Of a stretch of 64,000 bases of DNA, positions 53,371-62,296 are shown one piece after another. The translations under genes were made by a program, and so were the position numbers. The notes below the pieces were generated by a model, which had not been told where the DNA came from, did no database searches, and saw only the letters and a list, made by a program, of their open reading frames with translations. Numbering within the stretch: the first letter of the stretch is position 1; each line of letters begins with the position of its first letter. This DNA comes from a virus (Duplodnaviria; Caudoviricetes). Where the stretch lies: positions 13,147-77,146 of the IMG/VR virus record IMGVR_UViG_3300050645_000186, one strand, 5' to 3'.

Positions 53371-54552
53371 ATGAAAAAAGTACTTGAACTGCGCGAAAAG
53401 CGCGCAAAGGCATGGGACGCGGCAAAGGCGTTTCTTGACGCACGCGCCAAGGACGGCGTGCTCTCTGCCGAAGACAACACAACCTACGACAAGATGCTCG
53501 CGGACGTGGACGCAATGGCGCGGCAGATTGCCATTGAGGAGGACCGCGTCGCACGGGATGCGGAAATGAGCCGCCCCACCAGCGCACCGCTGACCGAAAA
53601 GCCCGGCGCACAGGGAGCAAAACCCGCTTCTCCCCGCGCAACCGCCGAATACCGCGCGGATTTTCTCAACATTCTGCGCGGCAGAGCGCCCGTCAACAAC
53701 GTGCTGAGCACGTCCCCAGACACCGACGGCGGCTATCTGGTTCCGACGGAATTTGAAACGCAGATTGTGACTGGTCTGGAGGAGGCGAACATCATCCGCT
53801 CCATCGCCAAGACCATCAACACCTCGGCGGAGCGCAAAATCCCCATTGCGGCCACCCATTCCACCGCGCAGTGGACGGCGGAAAACGCCGCCTATGTCGA
53901 AAGCAACCCCACATTCGCGCAGAAAACCATTGACGCGTTCAAGCTCACCGACCTTGTCAAGGTTTCCGTGGAGCTGCTTCAGGACAGCATGTTTGATTTG
54001 GAGAGCTACATCGCGCGGGAGTTTGCCAGAGCCTTCGGCATCGCCGAGGAGGAAGCCTTCTGCGTGGGTACCGGAACCGGTCAGCCCACGGGCATTTTCA
54101 CCGCAAGCGGCGGCACGGTGGGCGTGACGGCAAGCTCCCCGACGGCTATCACCGTGGACAATCTCATTGACCTGATTTACGCGCTCAAAAGCCCCTATCG
54201 GAGAAACGCGGTGTTTCTCATGAAAGACATCACCGTATCCGCCCTGCGCAAGCTGAAGGACTCCAACGGTGCGTACCTCTGGCAGCCCTCCGTGCAGGCA
54301 GGTCAGCCGGACCGACTGCTGGGCTATCCGCTCTACACCAGTCCTTATGTGCCGGCGGCGGAGGCGGGTTCGCTCCCGATTGCGTTTGGTGATTTCTCCA
54401 ACTACTGGATTGCCGACCGCATGGGCCGCACGGTACAGCGCCTGAACGAACTCTACGCCGGCAACGGGCAGGTGGGCTTCATCGCCGCCGAGCGCGTGGA
54501 CGGCAAGGTCATTCTCGCCGAGGGCATTCAGCTTCTGCAAATGGGTTCATAA
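53371..54552 (+). CDS. HK97-fold major capsid protein
   Basis: DGGYLVP; GAYLWQP; FGDF; RVDGKV. Confidence 0.95.
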   Translation: MKKVLELREKRAKAWDAAKAFLDARAKDGVLSAEDNTTYDKMLADVDAMARQIAIEEDRVARDAEMSRPTSAPLTEKPGAQGAKPASPRATAEYRADFLNILRGRAPVNNVLSTSPDTDGGYLVPTEFETQIVTGLEEANIIRSIAKTINTSAERKIPIAATHSTAQWTAENAAYVESNPTFAQKTIDAFKLTDLVKVSVELLQDSMFDLESYIAREFARAFGIAEEEAFCVGTGTGQPTGIFTASGGTVGVTASSPTAITVDNLIDLIYALKSPYRRNAVFLMKDITVSALRKLKDSNGAYLWQPSVQAGQPDRLLGYPLYTSPYVPAAEAGSLPIAFGDFSNYWIADRMGRTVQRLNELYAGNGQVGFIAAERVDGKVILAEGIQLLQMGS

Positions 54553-54579
54553 GCATTAAAACGAAAGGAGGCGGCGGTC

Positions 54580-54897
54580 ATGGCACTGGACACCCTGCTT
54601 GAAAAAGTCAAAGCCAATCTGATTCTTTCACATACGGAAGACGACGAGCTTCTGCAGATGTACATCACCGCCGCCGTCCGTTATGCCGAAAGCTATCAGC
54701 ATATCCCGGAGGGCTATTACACAGAAAATACGATGCCGGCAACCACCGAACAGGCGGTCATCATGCTGGCATCGCATTTCTATGAAAGCCGCGACGGTTC
54801 CACCGGCGGCTTTTTCGCCGATTCCGTACAGGCTGGCCGGCAGGTCTGGGACACGGTCAATCTGCTGCTGCGGCTTGACCGGGATTGGAAGGTATGA
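54580..54897 (+). CDS. Head-tail connector (gp6-like)
   Basis: LLEKVKANL; homologous to 10981..11292. Confidence 0.87.
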   Translation: MALDTLLEKVKANLILSHTEDDELLQMYITAAVRYAESYQHIPEGYYTENTMPATTEQAVIMLASHFYESRDGSTGGFFADSVQAGRQVWDTVNLLLRLDRDWKV

Positions 54898-54981
54898 GAG
54901 TCTTGCAAGCAAGACTCTCGAGTTTTATGCTTTTCGGCGTAAACGCTTGCCGAAATTTTGCTTCGCAAAACCGCATAAAAC
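54896..54981. repeat. Intergenic multi-hairpin insert
   Basis: Perfect 11-bp IR 54896-54919; GTTTTATGC/GCATAAAAC enclosing two hairpins; absent at the equivalent prophage 1 junction. Confidence 0.6.
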
Positions 54982-55004
54982 ATCGCAGATAAGGAGTGTT
55001 TGAA

Positions 55005-55340
55005 TTGTCTTTTGGAAAAATGAACAGCTTCATTGACCTCATCTCCAACGCGCCGGTCAAGGACGAGGATGGCTTTGTTACGCAGGGCGACACAGTTCTC
55101 GCCTCGGTGCGCGCCTACAAGGAGGACCGAAACGGCTCGGAGCGCTGGGCGAACAGGGCGGTGTTTTCCGAAGCGTCCGTGCTGTTCCGTTTCCGCAAAA
55201 TCCCCGGCGTCGAGGTCAGCCCGGCGCACTTCATAGTCTGTGAAGAAAAGCGCTATCGGATTACCAGCGCGGAGGACGTGCGCGGGTGCGGGATGTATGT
55301 GGAGTGCCTGTGCGAGCTGGTGGAAGGGAGCATGAATTGA
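55005..55340 (+). CDS. Head closure protein
   Basis: SFGKMNSF; DEDGF...VLASVRAY. Confidence 0.82.
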   Translation: MSFGKMNSFIDLISNAPVKDEDGFVTQGDTVLASVRAYKEDRNGSERWANRAVFSEASVLFRFRKIPGVEVSPAHFIVCEEKRYRITSAEDVRGCGMYVECLCELVEGSMN

Positions 55341-55341
55341 T

Positions 55342-55776
55342 ATGGCACGAATGGAAATGAAGATGCCGGAGGACTTTCTTTTGAAGGTTTCCCGGCTCAA
55401 TGAAAAGACGGACGAAATTCTGCCCCGTGTGCTGGAAGCCGGCGGGCAGGTGGTGCTGGAGCGAGTAAAATCCAACCTTTCCGCTGTCGTCGGCAAAGGC
55501 ACGAAAATTCCGAGCCGCTCCACCGGCGAACTGGAAAGCGCGCTGGGGCTTTCGCCCGCCAAACCCAAGAGGGACGGCTCCGGCTGGAACATCAAGGTCG
55601 GATTTGCCGAGCCGCGCCCGGGCGGCGGCAGTAACGCCAAAATCGCCAATATTCTGGAGTACGGCAAACACGGCCAGCCGCCCAAGCCCTTTTTAAAGCC
55701 GGCGAAAACCCAGAGCCGCAAGGCCTGTATCGAAACGATGAAATCAAAGCTGGACGAGGAGGTGCGGAAAATATGA
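55342..55776 (+). CDS. HK97 gp10-like protein
   Basis: LEYGKHGQPPKPFLKPA. Confidence 0.85.
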   Translation: MARMEMKMPEDFLLKVSRLNEKTDEILPRVLEAGGQVVLERVKSNLSAVVGKGTKIPSRSTGELESALGLSPAKPKRDGSGWNIKVGFAEPRPGGGSNAKIANILEYGKHGQPPKPFLKPAKTQSRKACIETMKSKLDEEVRKI

Positions 55777-56111
55777 GCGTGCTTTCAGAACTCAATACGC
55801 TTCTCACGCCCATTCTCCCGGTGGAGACGGGCGTTTTTTCCGGTATCCCGCCCGACGAATATCTGGTGCTGACGCCGCTGACGGACGATTTCGCCCTGTT
55901 CGGCGACAACGCGCCGCTGATGGATGTGTCCGAGGTGCGGATTTCGCTCTTTTCCAAGGGCAATTACCTGCAGCGCAAACGTCAGATTACGCAGGCACTT
56001 TTGAATGCCGGATTTACCATCACGGCACGCACCTATGTCGGGCATGAGGACGATACCGGCTACCACCACTATGCGATTGACACCGCGCAGTCTTATGAAA
56101 CGGAGGAATGA
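55773..56111 (+). CDS. Tail terminator protein
   Basis: PVETGVF; DTGYHHYAID. Confidence 0.78.
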   Translation: MSVLSELNTLLTPILPVETGVFSGIPPDEYLVLTPLTDDFALFGDNAPLMDVSEVRISLFSKGNYLQRKRQITQALLNAGFTITARTYVGHEDDTGYHHYAIDTAQSYETEE

Positions 56112-56114
56112 TTT

Positions 56115-56714
56115 ATGGCGACCATTGGAATGGATAAGCTCTATTACGCAAAAATCACCGAAGCCGAGGACGGCGAGGAAACCTATGACACCCCGGAAAT
56201 TCTCGCAAAGGCCATCTCGGCAGAATTGTCCGTGGAGCTTGCCGAGGCGACCCTTTATGCCGATGACGGCGCGTCGGAGGTGGTCAAAGACTTCAAGTCC
56301 GGCAAGCTGACACTGGGCGTGGACGATATCGGCATTACCGCCGCGCAGAATCTCACCGGCGCTTTGGCGGACGACAACGGCGTGCTGATTTCCGCCGGAG
56401 AAAACATCGCCCCGCCGGTGGCCATCGGCTTCCGCGCCCTGCGTGCAAACGGCAAGTACCGCTACTTCTGGCTGTACCGCGTCATTTTCGGCATCCCGTC
56501 CACCAATCTGCAGACCAAGGGCGACTCCATCACCTTTCAAACGCCCAGCATTGAAGGCACAGTCATGCGCCGCAACAAACCGGATTCCAAGGGAACGCAC
56601 CCGTGGAAGGCGGAGGTTTCCGAGGGCGCCGCAGGCGTTACATCCGAAACCATCTCCGGCTGGTTCGGGCAGGTGTACGAACCGACCTACACCGAAGCGA
56701 CGTCCGGCGAATAA
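56115..56714 (+). CDS. Major tail protein
   Basis: Close homolog of 12404..12991. Confidence 0.92.
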   Translation: MATIGMDKLYYAKITEAEDGEETYDTPEILAKAISAELSVELAEATLYADDGASEVVKDFKSGKLTLGVDDIGITAAQNLTGALADDNGVLISAGENIAPPVAIGFRALRANGKYRYFWLYRVIFGIPSTNLQTKGDSITFQTPSIEGTVMRRNKPDSKGTHPWKAEVSEGAAGVTSETISGWFGQVYEPTYTEATSGE

Positions 56715-56727
56715 GGAGGGATGACGC

Positions 56728-57117
56728 ATGGAAAACGAACGAGCCGCCGTAATCAAAATCGGCGGAAAAGACTATGAACTGATTCTCACCACACGCGCCA
56801 CCAAGGAAATCGCGCGGCGCTACGGCGGGCTGGAGAACCTCGGCGAAAAGCTGATGAAGTCCGAAAATTTTGAAATGGCGCTGGATGAGATTGTCTGGCT
56901 TCTTACCCTGCTGGCGAATCAGTCCATCCTGATTCACAACCTCAAAAACAAGGACGCGCCGCAGGAGCTGCTCACCGAAGAGGACGTGGAGCTATTGACC
57001 TCGCCGCTGGATCTGGCGGTGTACAAGAACGCCATCACCGAAGCGATGTTCAAGGGAACAGCGCGGAATGTGGAGAGTGAGGAGGAAACCTCCTCAAAAA
57101 ACGCGGAAGTCGGGTAA
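56728..57117 (+). CDS. Tail assembly chaperone (gpG-like)
   Basis: RRYGGLENLG; homolog of 13001..13387. Confidence 0.87.
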   Translation: MENERAAVIKIGGKDYELILTTRATKEIARRYGGLENLGEKLMKSENFEMALDEIVWLLTLLANQSILIHNLKNKDAPQELLTEEDVELLTSPLDLAVYKNAITEAMFKGTARNVESEEETSSKNAEVG

Positions 57118-57305
57118 ACACGGAAGAGCTGTTTACCCGACTTTTGTATTACGGAACGGTGCAGATGGGCATGGGCGCGGAGGAATTCTGGCTGATGCCC
57201 ATCGGGCTGTTTCTGGATTTATGGGCCTGTCACAAACAGTTTCTCGGCATGGAAAAGCCGAAGCAAATCTTTTCGATTGACGATATCATCCCGCCGGGGA
57301 TTTGA
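57099..57305 (+). CDS. -1 frameshift extension (gpGT-like)
   Basis: A AAA AAC at 57096-57102; -1 frame open for 69 codons (VNTEELFTRLLYYG...IIPPGI*). Confidence 0.8.
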   Translation, partial: KRGSRVNTEELFTRLLYYGTVQMGMGAEEFWLMPIGLFLDLWACHKQFLGMEKPKQIFSIDDIIPPGI

Positions 57306-57322
57306 AGGGAGGTGAGCGGCAG

Positions 57323-59749
57323 ATGGCGGATAATTTCGGCCTGAAAATCGGCGTTGAGGGTGAAAAAGAGTTCAAAAAAGCACTCTCAGATATCAATCAA
57401 AGCTTCAAAGTCCTCGGATCGGAAATGACGCTGGTCACCAGCCAGTTTGACAAGCAGGACAAATCCGTGCAGGCGGCTGCCGCCCGCAGCGAAGTCCTCA
57501 ACAAGCAGATTGACGCCCAGAAAGCGAAAATCGAAACCCTGCGCGCCGCTCTGCAAAACGCCTCCGACTCCTTCGGCGAAAACGACCGCCGCACCCAGAA
57601 CTGGCAGATTCAGCTGAACAAGGCGCAGGCGGAACTCAACGGCATGGAGCGCGAGCTGTCAGAATCCGCCGAGGGCGCGGATAATTTGGGGAATGAGCTG
57701 AAGGAAAGCGGCAACGAAGCGGAAAAGTCCGGCTCCAAGTTTGAAAAGCTGGGCGGCGTTTTAAAGGGCGTCGGTGTTGCGATGGGCGCGGTCGTAGTCG
57801 CCGCAGGTGCCGCCGCCGTCAAGCTCGGCAAGGAAGTCGTCGCCGCCTACGCGGACTACGAACAGCTGGTGGGCGGCGTGGACACGCTGTTCAAAGATTC
57901 CAGCGCGGCTGTCCAGAGCTATGCCGCCAATGCCTTCAAAACCGCCGGCATGTCCGCCAACGAATACATGGAGACGGTCACCAGCTTTTCGGCCAGCCTG
58001 ATTCAGTCCCTCGGCGGAGACACCGCTAAAGCGGCAAAGGCGGCGGACACGGCGATTACCGATATGTCCGACAACGCCAACAAGATGGGCACAAGCATTT
58101 CCTCCATTCAGGACGCCTATCAGGGCTTTGCCAAGCAGAATTACACGATGCTCGACAATTTAAAACTCGGCTACGGCGGCACAAAAACGGAGATGGAGCG
58201 GCTGCTTGCCGACGCCGAAAAGCTGTCCGGGCAGAAATACGACATCAGCAATCTGAACGATGTGTACGCGGCTATCCATGTCATTCAGACGGAAATGGGC
58301 ATTACGGGAACCACCGCCAAGGAAGCGACCGAAACCATCAGCGGCTCTATTGCCGGGATGCAGTCCGCCATCGGCAACCTGACGGCGGGGCTGGGCGACG
58401 CGGACGCGGATATTCAGCTGCTGATCGGCAACGTGGTGGAAGCGTTTCAAAACGTGGTCAAAAACATCACGCCGGTGATTGAGAACATCGTCGCCGCCCT
58501 GCCTGCCGCTTTGGACGGCATTCTGCAGGCGGTCGGGGAACTGCTCCCCACGCTGCTGTCCACCGTGGTCAGCCTGTTCACGCAGGTGCTCGACACGCTT
58601 CTGACGCTTCTGCCCCAGTTAATTCCGGCGGCCGTGGACGCGGTCATGACCATTGTTTCCGCCCTCATCGACAGTCTGCCGCTTCTCATTGATGCGGCGG
58701 TGCAGCTGGTGACTGCTCTGGTGGAAGGCATCGGAAATGCGCTCCCCCAGCTGATTCCCGCGGCGGTAAACGCCGTGACTACCATCGTGCAGGGCCTGAT
58801 TGACAACCTGCCGATGCTGCTGGAGGCGGCGCTGCAGCTCATTCTCGGACTGGCGCAGGGTCTGCTCGACGCCATCCCGCAGCTGGTGGCGGCGCTCCCC
58901 ACCATCATCACCGCACTGGTGAATTTCCTCATTGGCTCGATTCCGCAGATTGTGCAGGCAGGGATTTTGTTGCTTACCTCCCTTGTGCAGGCTTTGCCGC
59001 AGATTATTGAGGCGGTGACGGCGGCGATTCCTCAGATTGTGGACGGCCTTGTGAACGCGCTGATTCTTTCCATCCCCCTCATTGTGGATGCGGGCGTGAA
59101 ACTCCTTATCGCGCTGATCCAGAACCTGCCGCTCATCATCGCGACAGTCGTTTCCGCCATCCCGCAGATTGTCGCCGCGCTGTCGAGCGCCTTCGCCGGC
59201 AACACCGGGAAAATCATCACGGCGGGTGTCAAACTGCTGGTGTCGCTGATTGCCAATCTGCCCTCCATCATCGTGGAAGTCGTCAAGGCGGTGCCGCAGA
59301 TCGTGGCGGGCCTCGTCCGGGCGTTCACCGGCTACATCGGGCAGATGGCGCAGGTGGGCGGCAACCTCATCAAGGGATTGTGGCAGGGCATTTCGGACGC
59401 CGGTGCGTGGCTGTGGAACAAAATCAGCGGCTTCTTTGGCGGCATTGTGGACCGCATAAAGGCCTTCTTCGGCATCCATTCGCCCTCGACGCTGTTTGCC
59501 GGTCTTGGCCGGAACATGGGCGAAGGCATCGGCGTGGGGTTCGAGGACGCGATGGCTTCTGTGTCGCGTGAGATGCAAAACGCCATCCCCACAAGCTTTT
59601 CCGTAAGTGCCGGCATGGCCGGGCGGACGGTTTCCGCCGGCACAAGCATCACGCAGAATATCTCGGTGGTCAGCCCTAAGGCGCTGTCCGAAAAGGAGCT
59701 TGCCCGGGAATTTAAGAACCTCTCGCGCAAGCTGGCGCTGGAGTACTAA
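57323..59749 (+). CDS. Tape measure protein (808 aa)
   Basis: MADNFGLKIG; central YADYEQLVGGVDTLF domain; 11-residue repeats; FGIHSPS. Confidence 0.93.
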   Translation: MADNFGLKIGVEGEKEFKKALSDINQSFKVLGSEMTLVTSQFDKQDKSVQAAAARSEVLNKQIDAQKAKIETLRAALQNASDSFGENDRRTQNWQIQLNKAQAELNGMERELSESAEGADNLGNELKESGNEAEKSGSKFEKLGGVLKGVGVAMGAVVVAAGAAAVKLGKEVVAAYADYEQLVGGVDTLFKDSSAAVQSYAANAFKTAGMSANEYMETVTSFSASLIQSLGGDTAKAAKAADTAITDMSDNANKMGTSISSIQDAYQGFAKQNYTMLDNLKLGYGGTKTEMERLLADAEKLSGQKYDISNLNDVYAAIHVIQTEMGITGTTAKEATETISGSIAGMQSAIGNLTAGLGDADADIQLLIGNVVEAFQNVVKNITPVIENIVAALPAALDGILQAVGELLPTLLSTVVSLFTQVLDTLLTLLPQLIPAAVDAVMTIVSALIDSLPLLIDAAVQLVTALVEGIGNALPQLIPAAVNAVTTIVQGLIDNLPMLLEAALQLILGLAQGLLDAIPQLVAALPTIITALVNFLIGSIPQIVQAGILLLTSLVQALPQIIEAVTAAIPQIVDGLVNALILSIPLIVDAGVKLLIALIQNLPLIIATVVSAIPQIVAALSSAFAGNTGKIITAGVKLLVSLIANLPSIIVEVVKAVPQIVAGLVRAFTGYIGQMAQVGGNLIKGLWQGISDAGAWLWNKISGFFGGIVDRIKAFFGIHSPSTLFAGLGRNMGEGIGVGFEDAMASVSREMQNAIPTSFSVSAGMAGRTVSAGTSITQNISVVSPKALSEKELAREFKNLSRKLALEY

Positions 59750-59761
59750 AGGAGGGATGGC

Positions 59762-60613
59762 ATGGAACTGACCTATATCAATGAATCGGGAGAGAAACTG
59801 ACGCTCCGGCAGGCAAAGCCGTTTTTTCTGACAAAGCTGGACGGCGCAGGAAGTGTCCGCCAGACCGTCAATACCTTTCAGGCGCCCCAGCAGGACGGCG
59901 CTTTTTTTATCTCCTCCGCGCTGGATATGCGCAACATCACGCTGGAAGGCACGATTGCGGCAGGAACGCCAAACAAAGCCTACGAGTACCGCAGACAGTT
60001 TTTGAAGATATTCACGCCCAAACAGCAGGGCACGCTGACCTACCGGAACCGGCAGATTGCCTGTGTGGTGGAGGAAGCCGGGTTCGCCGCCTCCGGCAGG
60101 GAGCGCGCGCCGGGCTTTTTCGTCAGCCTGCTGTGTCCCTCGCCCTTTTTTGAGGCGCTTGCGGAAGTCCGCGCGGAACTTGCCCGCTGGACGCCGCTGT
60201 TTCATTTTGTGCTGGAAATCCCAGAGGAAGGCGTGGAATTCGGCTCCCGCCAGCCCAGCCAGATTATCACGGTAGAAAATCCCGGGGACGTGTCCTGCGG
60301 CTGCCGGATTGTGTTCCGCGCGCTGGGCGAAGTGGAAAACCCGGAACTGATGGACGTTTCTACGGGCGAATATGTCCGCCTGAACACCGTCCTGACCGCC
60401 GGCGAGGAAATCCGCATCTACACCCATTTTGCGGGCAAGCGGGTGGTGCGGCTGCAGAGCGGAGAGGAAGTCAGCGTGTTCAGCCTGCTGGACACCGGCT
60501 CGACCTTCCTGCAGCTGTCTCCCGGTACGACCACGCTCCGCTATGACGCGGCGGCGAGCAAGGAACTGCTGGAGGTCAGCCTGTACTACCGCCCGCAGTA
60601 TCTGGGGGTTTAG
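59762..60613 (+). CDS. Distal tail protein (Dit)
   Basis: Homolog of 16237..17088. Confidence 0.86.
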   Translation: MELTYINESGEKLTLRQAKPFFLTKLDGAGSVRQTVNTFQAPQQDGAFFISSALDMRNITLEGTIAAGTPNKAYEYRRQFLKIFTPKQQGTLTYRNRQIACVVEEAGFAASGRERAPGFFVSLLCPSPFFEALAEVRAELARWTPLFHFVLEIPEEGVEFGSRQPSQIITVENPGDVSCGCRIVFRALGEVENPELMDVSTGEYVRLNTVLTAGEEIRIYTHFAGKRVVRLQSGEEVSVFSLLDTGSTFLQLSPGTTTLRYDAAASKELLEVSLYYRPQYLGV

Positions 60614-60720
60614 TGTGAAAATGCGCGCTGATGCGCCGCCTTTTCACACAACAAAAAGGACTTGAAATCCAAAAATCAGGGCTTTCATGCGCTGGCGCGC
60701 ACCGCCCTTTTTGAAAGGGG
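60613..60720. repeat. Intergenic hairpin insert with two GCGC-loop units
   Basis: GTGTGAAAA/TTTTCACAC 60613-60649; units GCGC-tgat-GCGC and GCGC-tggc-GCGC each followed by CCGCC(C)TTTT; absent in prophage 1. Confidence 0.55.
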
Positions 60721-60730
60721 TAAATTTTCA

Positions 60731-61771
60731 ATGGAACTGTATGTTTTTGATGCAAACCGCCAGCCTGCCGGCGTAGTGGAGTCGTTTGAATATCTGCGCT
60801 GGACAAGGCGGTATGCCCAGTGCGGAAGCTTTGAGCTCAAGGCCATCGCCACAGCGGAAAACCTCGCCCTGCTGACGCTGGGGAACATCTTATGGAAAAG
60901 CGGCGGTGAGGAAGCCGGCGTGATTGAGTATGCGGAAATCTCACAGGACGAAAAGGAGCTCATCACCGTCAGCGGGAGGTTCGCCGTTTCCTACCTTGCC
61001 CGGCGCATTGTGTGGGACACGGAAATCCTAAACGGCACGCTCGCCGACTGCGTGGGGCAGCTTTTGGATAATCATCTCATTAATCCGGGCAACACCGACC
61101 GGCGGATGGACTTCCTTGACTACGACGGCGGCGGGCTGTCGGACCCGGTCAGCACGCAGATTTCTTACAAAAACCTCATGGACGCAGTGGCCGGCTTATG
61201 CGAAGCGGCGGACGCGGGCATCAAGGCGGTTTTCAGTCCACAATCCCGCACGTTTACGATTCAGCTGTACAAGGGCGCTGCGTCGCAGGCGGTGTTCTCG
61301 TGGGAGTATGAAAATCTCACGTCCCAGACCTTCACGAAAAGCGCCTCGGACTATGCCAACGTGGCGCTGATCGGCGGCGAGGGCGAAGGCTTGGAGCGCG
61401 TCTTTGCCGTGTATGGGGAAAGCGAGGGTGCCGAACGCCGGGAGGTGTTTGTGGACGCCAAAGCGCTGCGCTCCGAGGATTTCGGGGATGAATACACCGC
61501 CGCCCTGCTCTTTCAGGGGCAGAGCAAGTTAAGCGAGCTTGCGATGGCGCAGTCCTTTGACGCATCCGTCAATCCCCACGGCAATCTGGTCTACGGCACG
61601 GATTTCGACCTTGGGCAGACCGTGAAGGTGGTTTCAAAAAAATGGGGCGTGACGCTTACCGCCCGCATTACGGAGATTGAGGAGAGCTACGACGCCGCCG
61701 GGCAGAGTCTGGACATCACCTTCGGCAAGGGCGTGCTCACGCTGGCTCAAAAATTAAAACAGGAAGGGTGA
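60731..61771 (+). CDS. Baseplate hub / Gp37-like minor tail protein
   Basis: Homolog of 17090..18127. Confidence 0.82.
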   Translation: MELYVFDANRQPAGVVESFEYLRWTRRYAQCGSFELKAIATAENLALLTLGNILWKSGGEEAGVIEYAEISQDEKELITVSGRFAVSYLARRIVWDTEILNGTLADCVGQLLDNHLINPGNTDRRMDFLDYDGGGLSDPVSTQISYKNLMDAVAGLCEAADAGIKAVFSPQSRTFTIQLYKGAASQAVFSWEYENLTSQTFTKSASDYANVALIGGEGEGLERVFAVYGESEGAERREVFVDAKALRSEDFGDEYTAALLFQGQSKLSELAMAQSFDASVNPHGNLVYGTDFDLGQTVKVVSKKWGVTLTARITEIEESYDAAGQSLDITFGKGVLTLAQKLKQEG

Positions 61772-61775
61772 TACG

Positions 61776-62279
61776 ATGGAGAAAAGCGGTTTTTTCAACA
61801 GCACAAGCGGCGACCGGATGTACGACGCCGCCGACTTCGCGGGGTATTTTGCAAAGCTGGTGTCAAACGGCATCTTCTACGCCAATGCCGTCAATCTGCG
61901 TGTAACGCCGGGCGGCGGGCTGTCGGTGAATATCCTCGCCGGCAGTGCGTGGATCAACGGCTATTCGTATGAAAATACAGAAGAACTGAACCTGACGCTT
62001 GCGGCGGCGGACGGCGTCAATCCCCGCATCGACCGGGTGGTCGTCCGCTGGGACGCGGTGGAGCGCAAGATTTCCGCGGCAGTGCTGACGGGAACGGCGG
62101 CAGCTTCTCCCACCGCGCCGGACATTACCCGAAACGACAATCTTTATGATTTGGTTCTGGCGGATGTTCAGATTCCTGCCGGCGCGGTATATATCGCCAC
62201 ACAGCATCTGACGGACAAAAGGCTGGACACTGCCCTGTGCGGCACGGTCAATTCGCTGATTACGGCGGTCTATGAATGA
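61776..62279 (+). CDS. Baseplate / minor structural protein
   Basis: Homolog of 18130..18633 with the same length. Confidence 0.78.
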   Translation: MEKSGFFNSTSGDRMYDAADFAGYFAKLVSNGIFYANAVNLRVTPGGGLSVNILAGSAWINGYSYENTEELNLTLAAADGVNPRIDRVVVRWDAVERKISAAVLTGTAAASPTAPDITRNDNLYDLVLADVQIPAGAVYIATQHLTDKRLDTALCGTVNSLITAVYE

Positions 62280-62296
62280 AAGGCAGGTGATTTACA

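Noticed and set aside
52684-54540. Long antisense ORFs (e.g. 52684..54540, 7792..9198, 9654..11003, 58619..60427)
   Set aside because: Shadow frames of GC-rich structural genes, with no RBS or recognisable motifs
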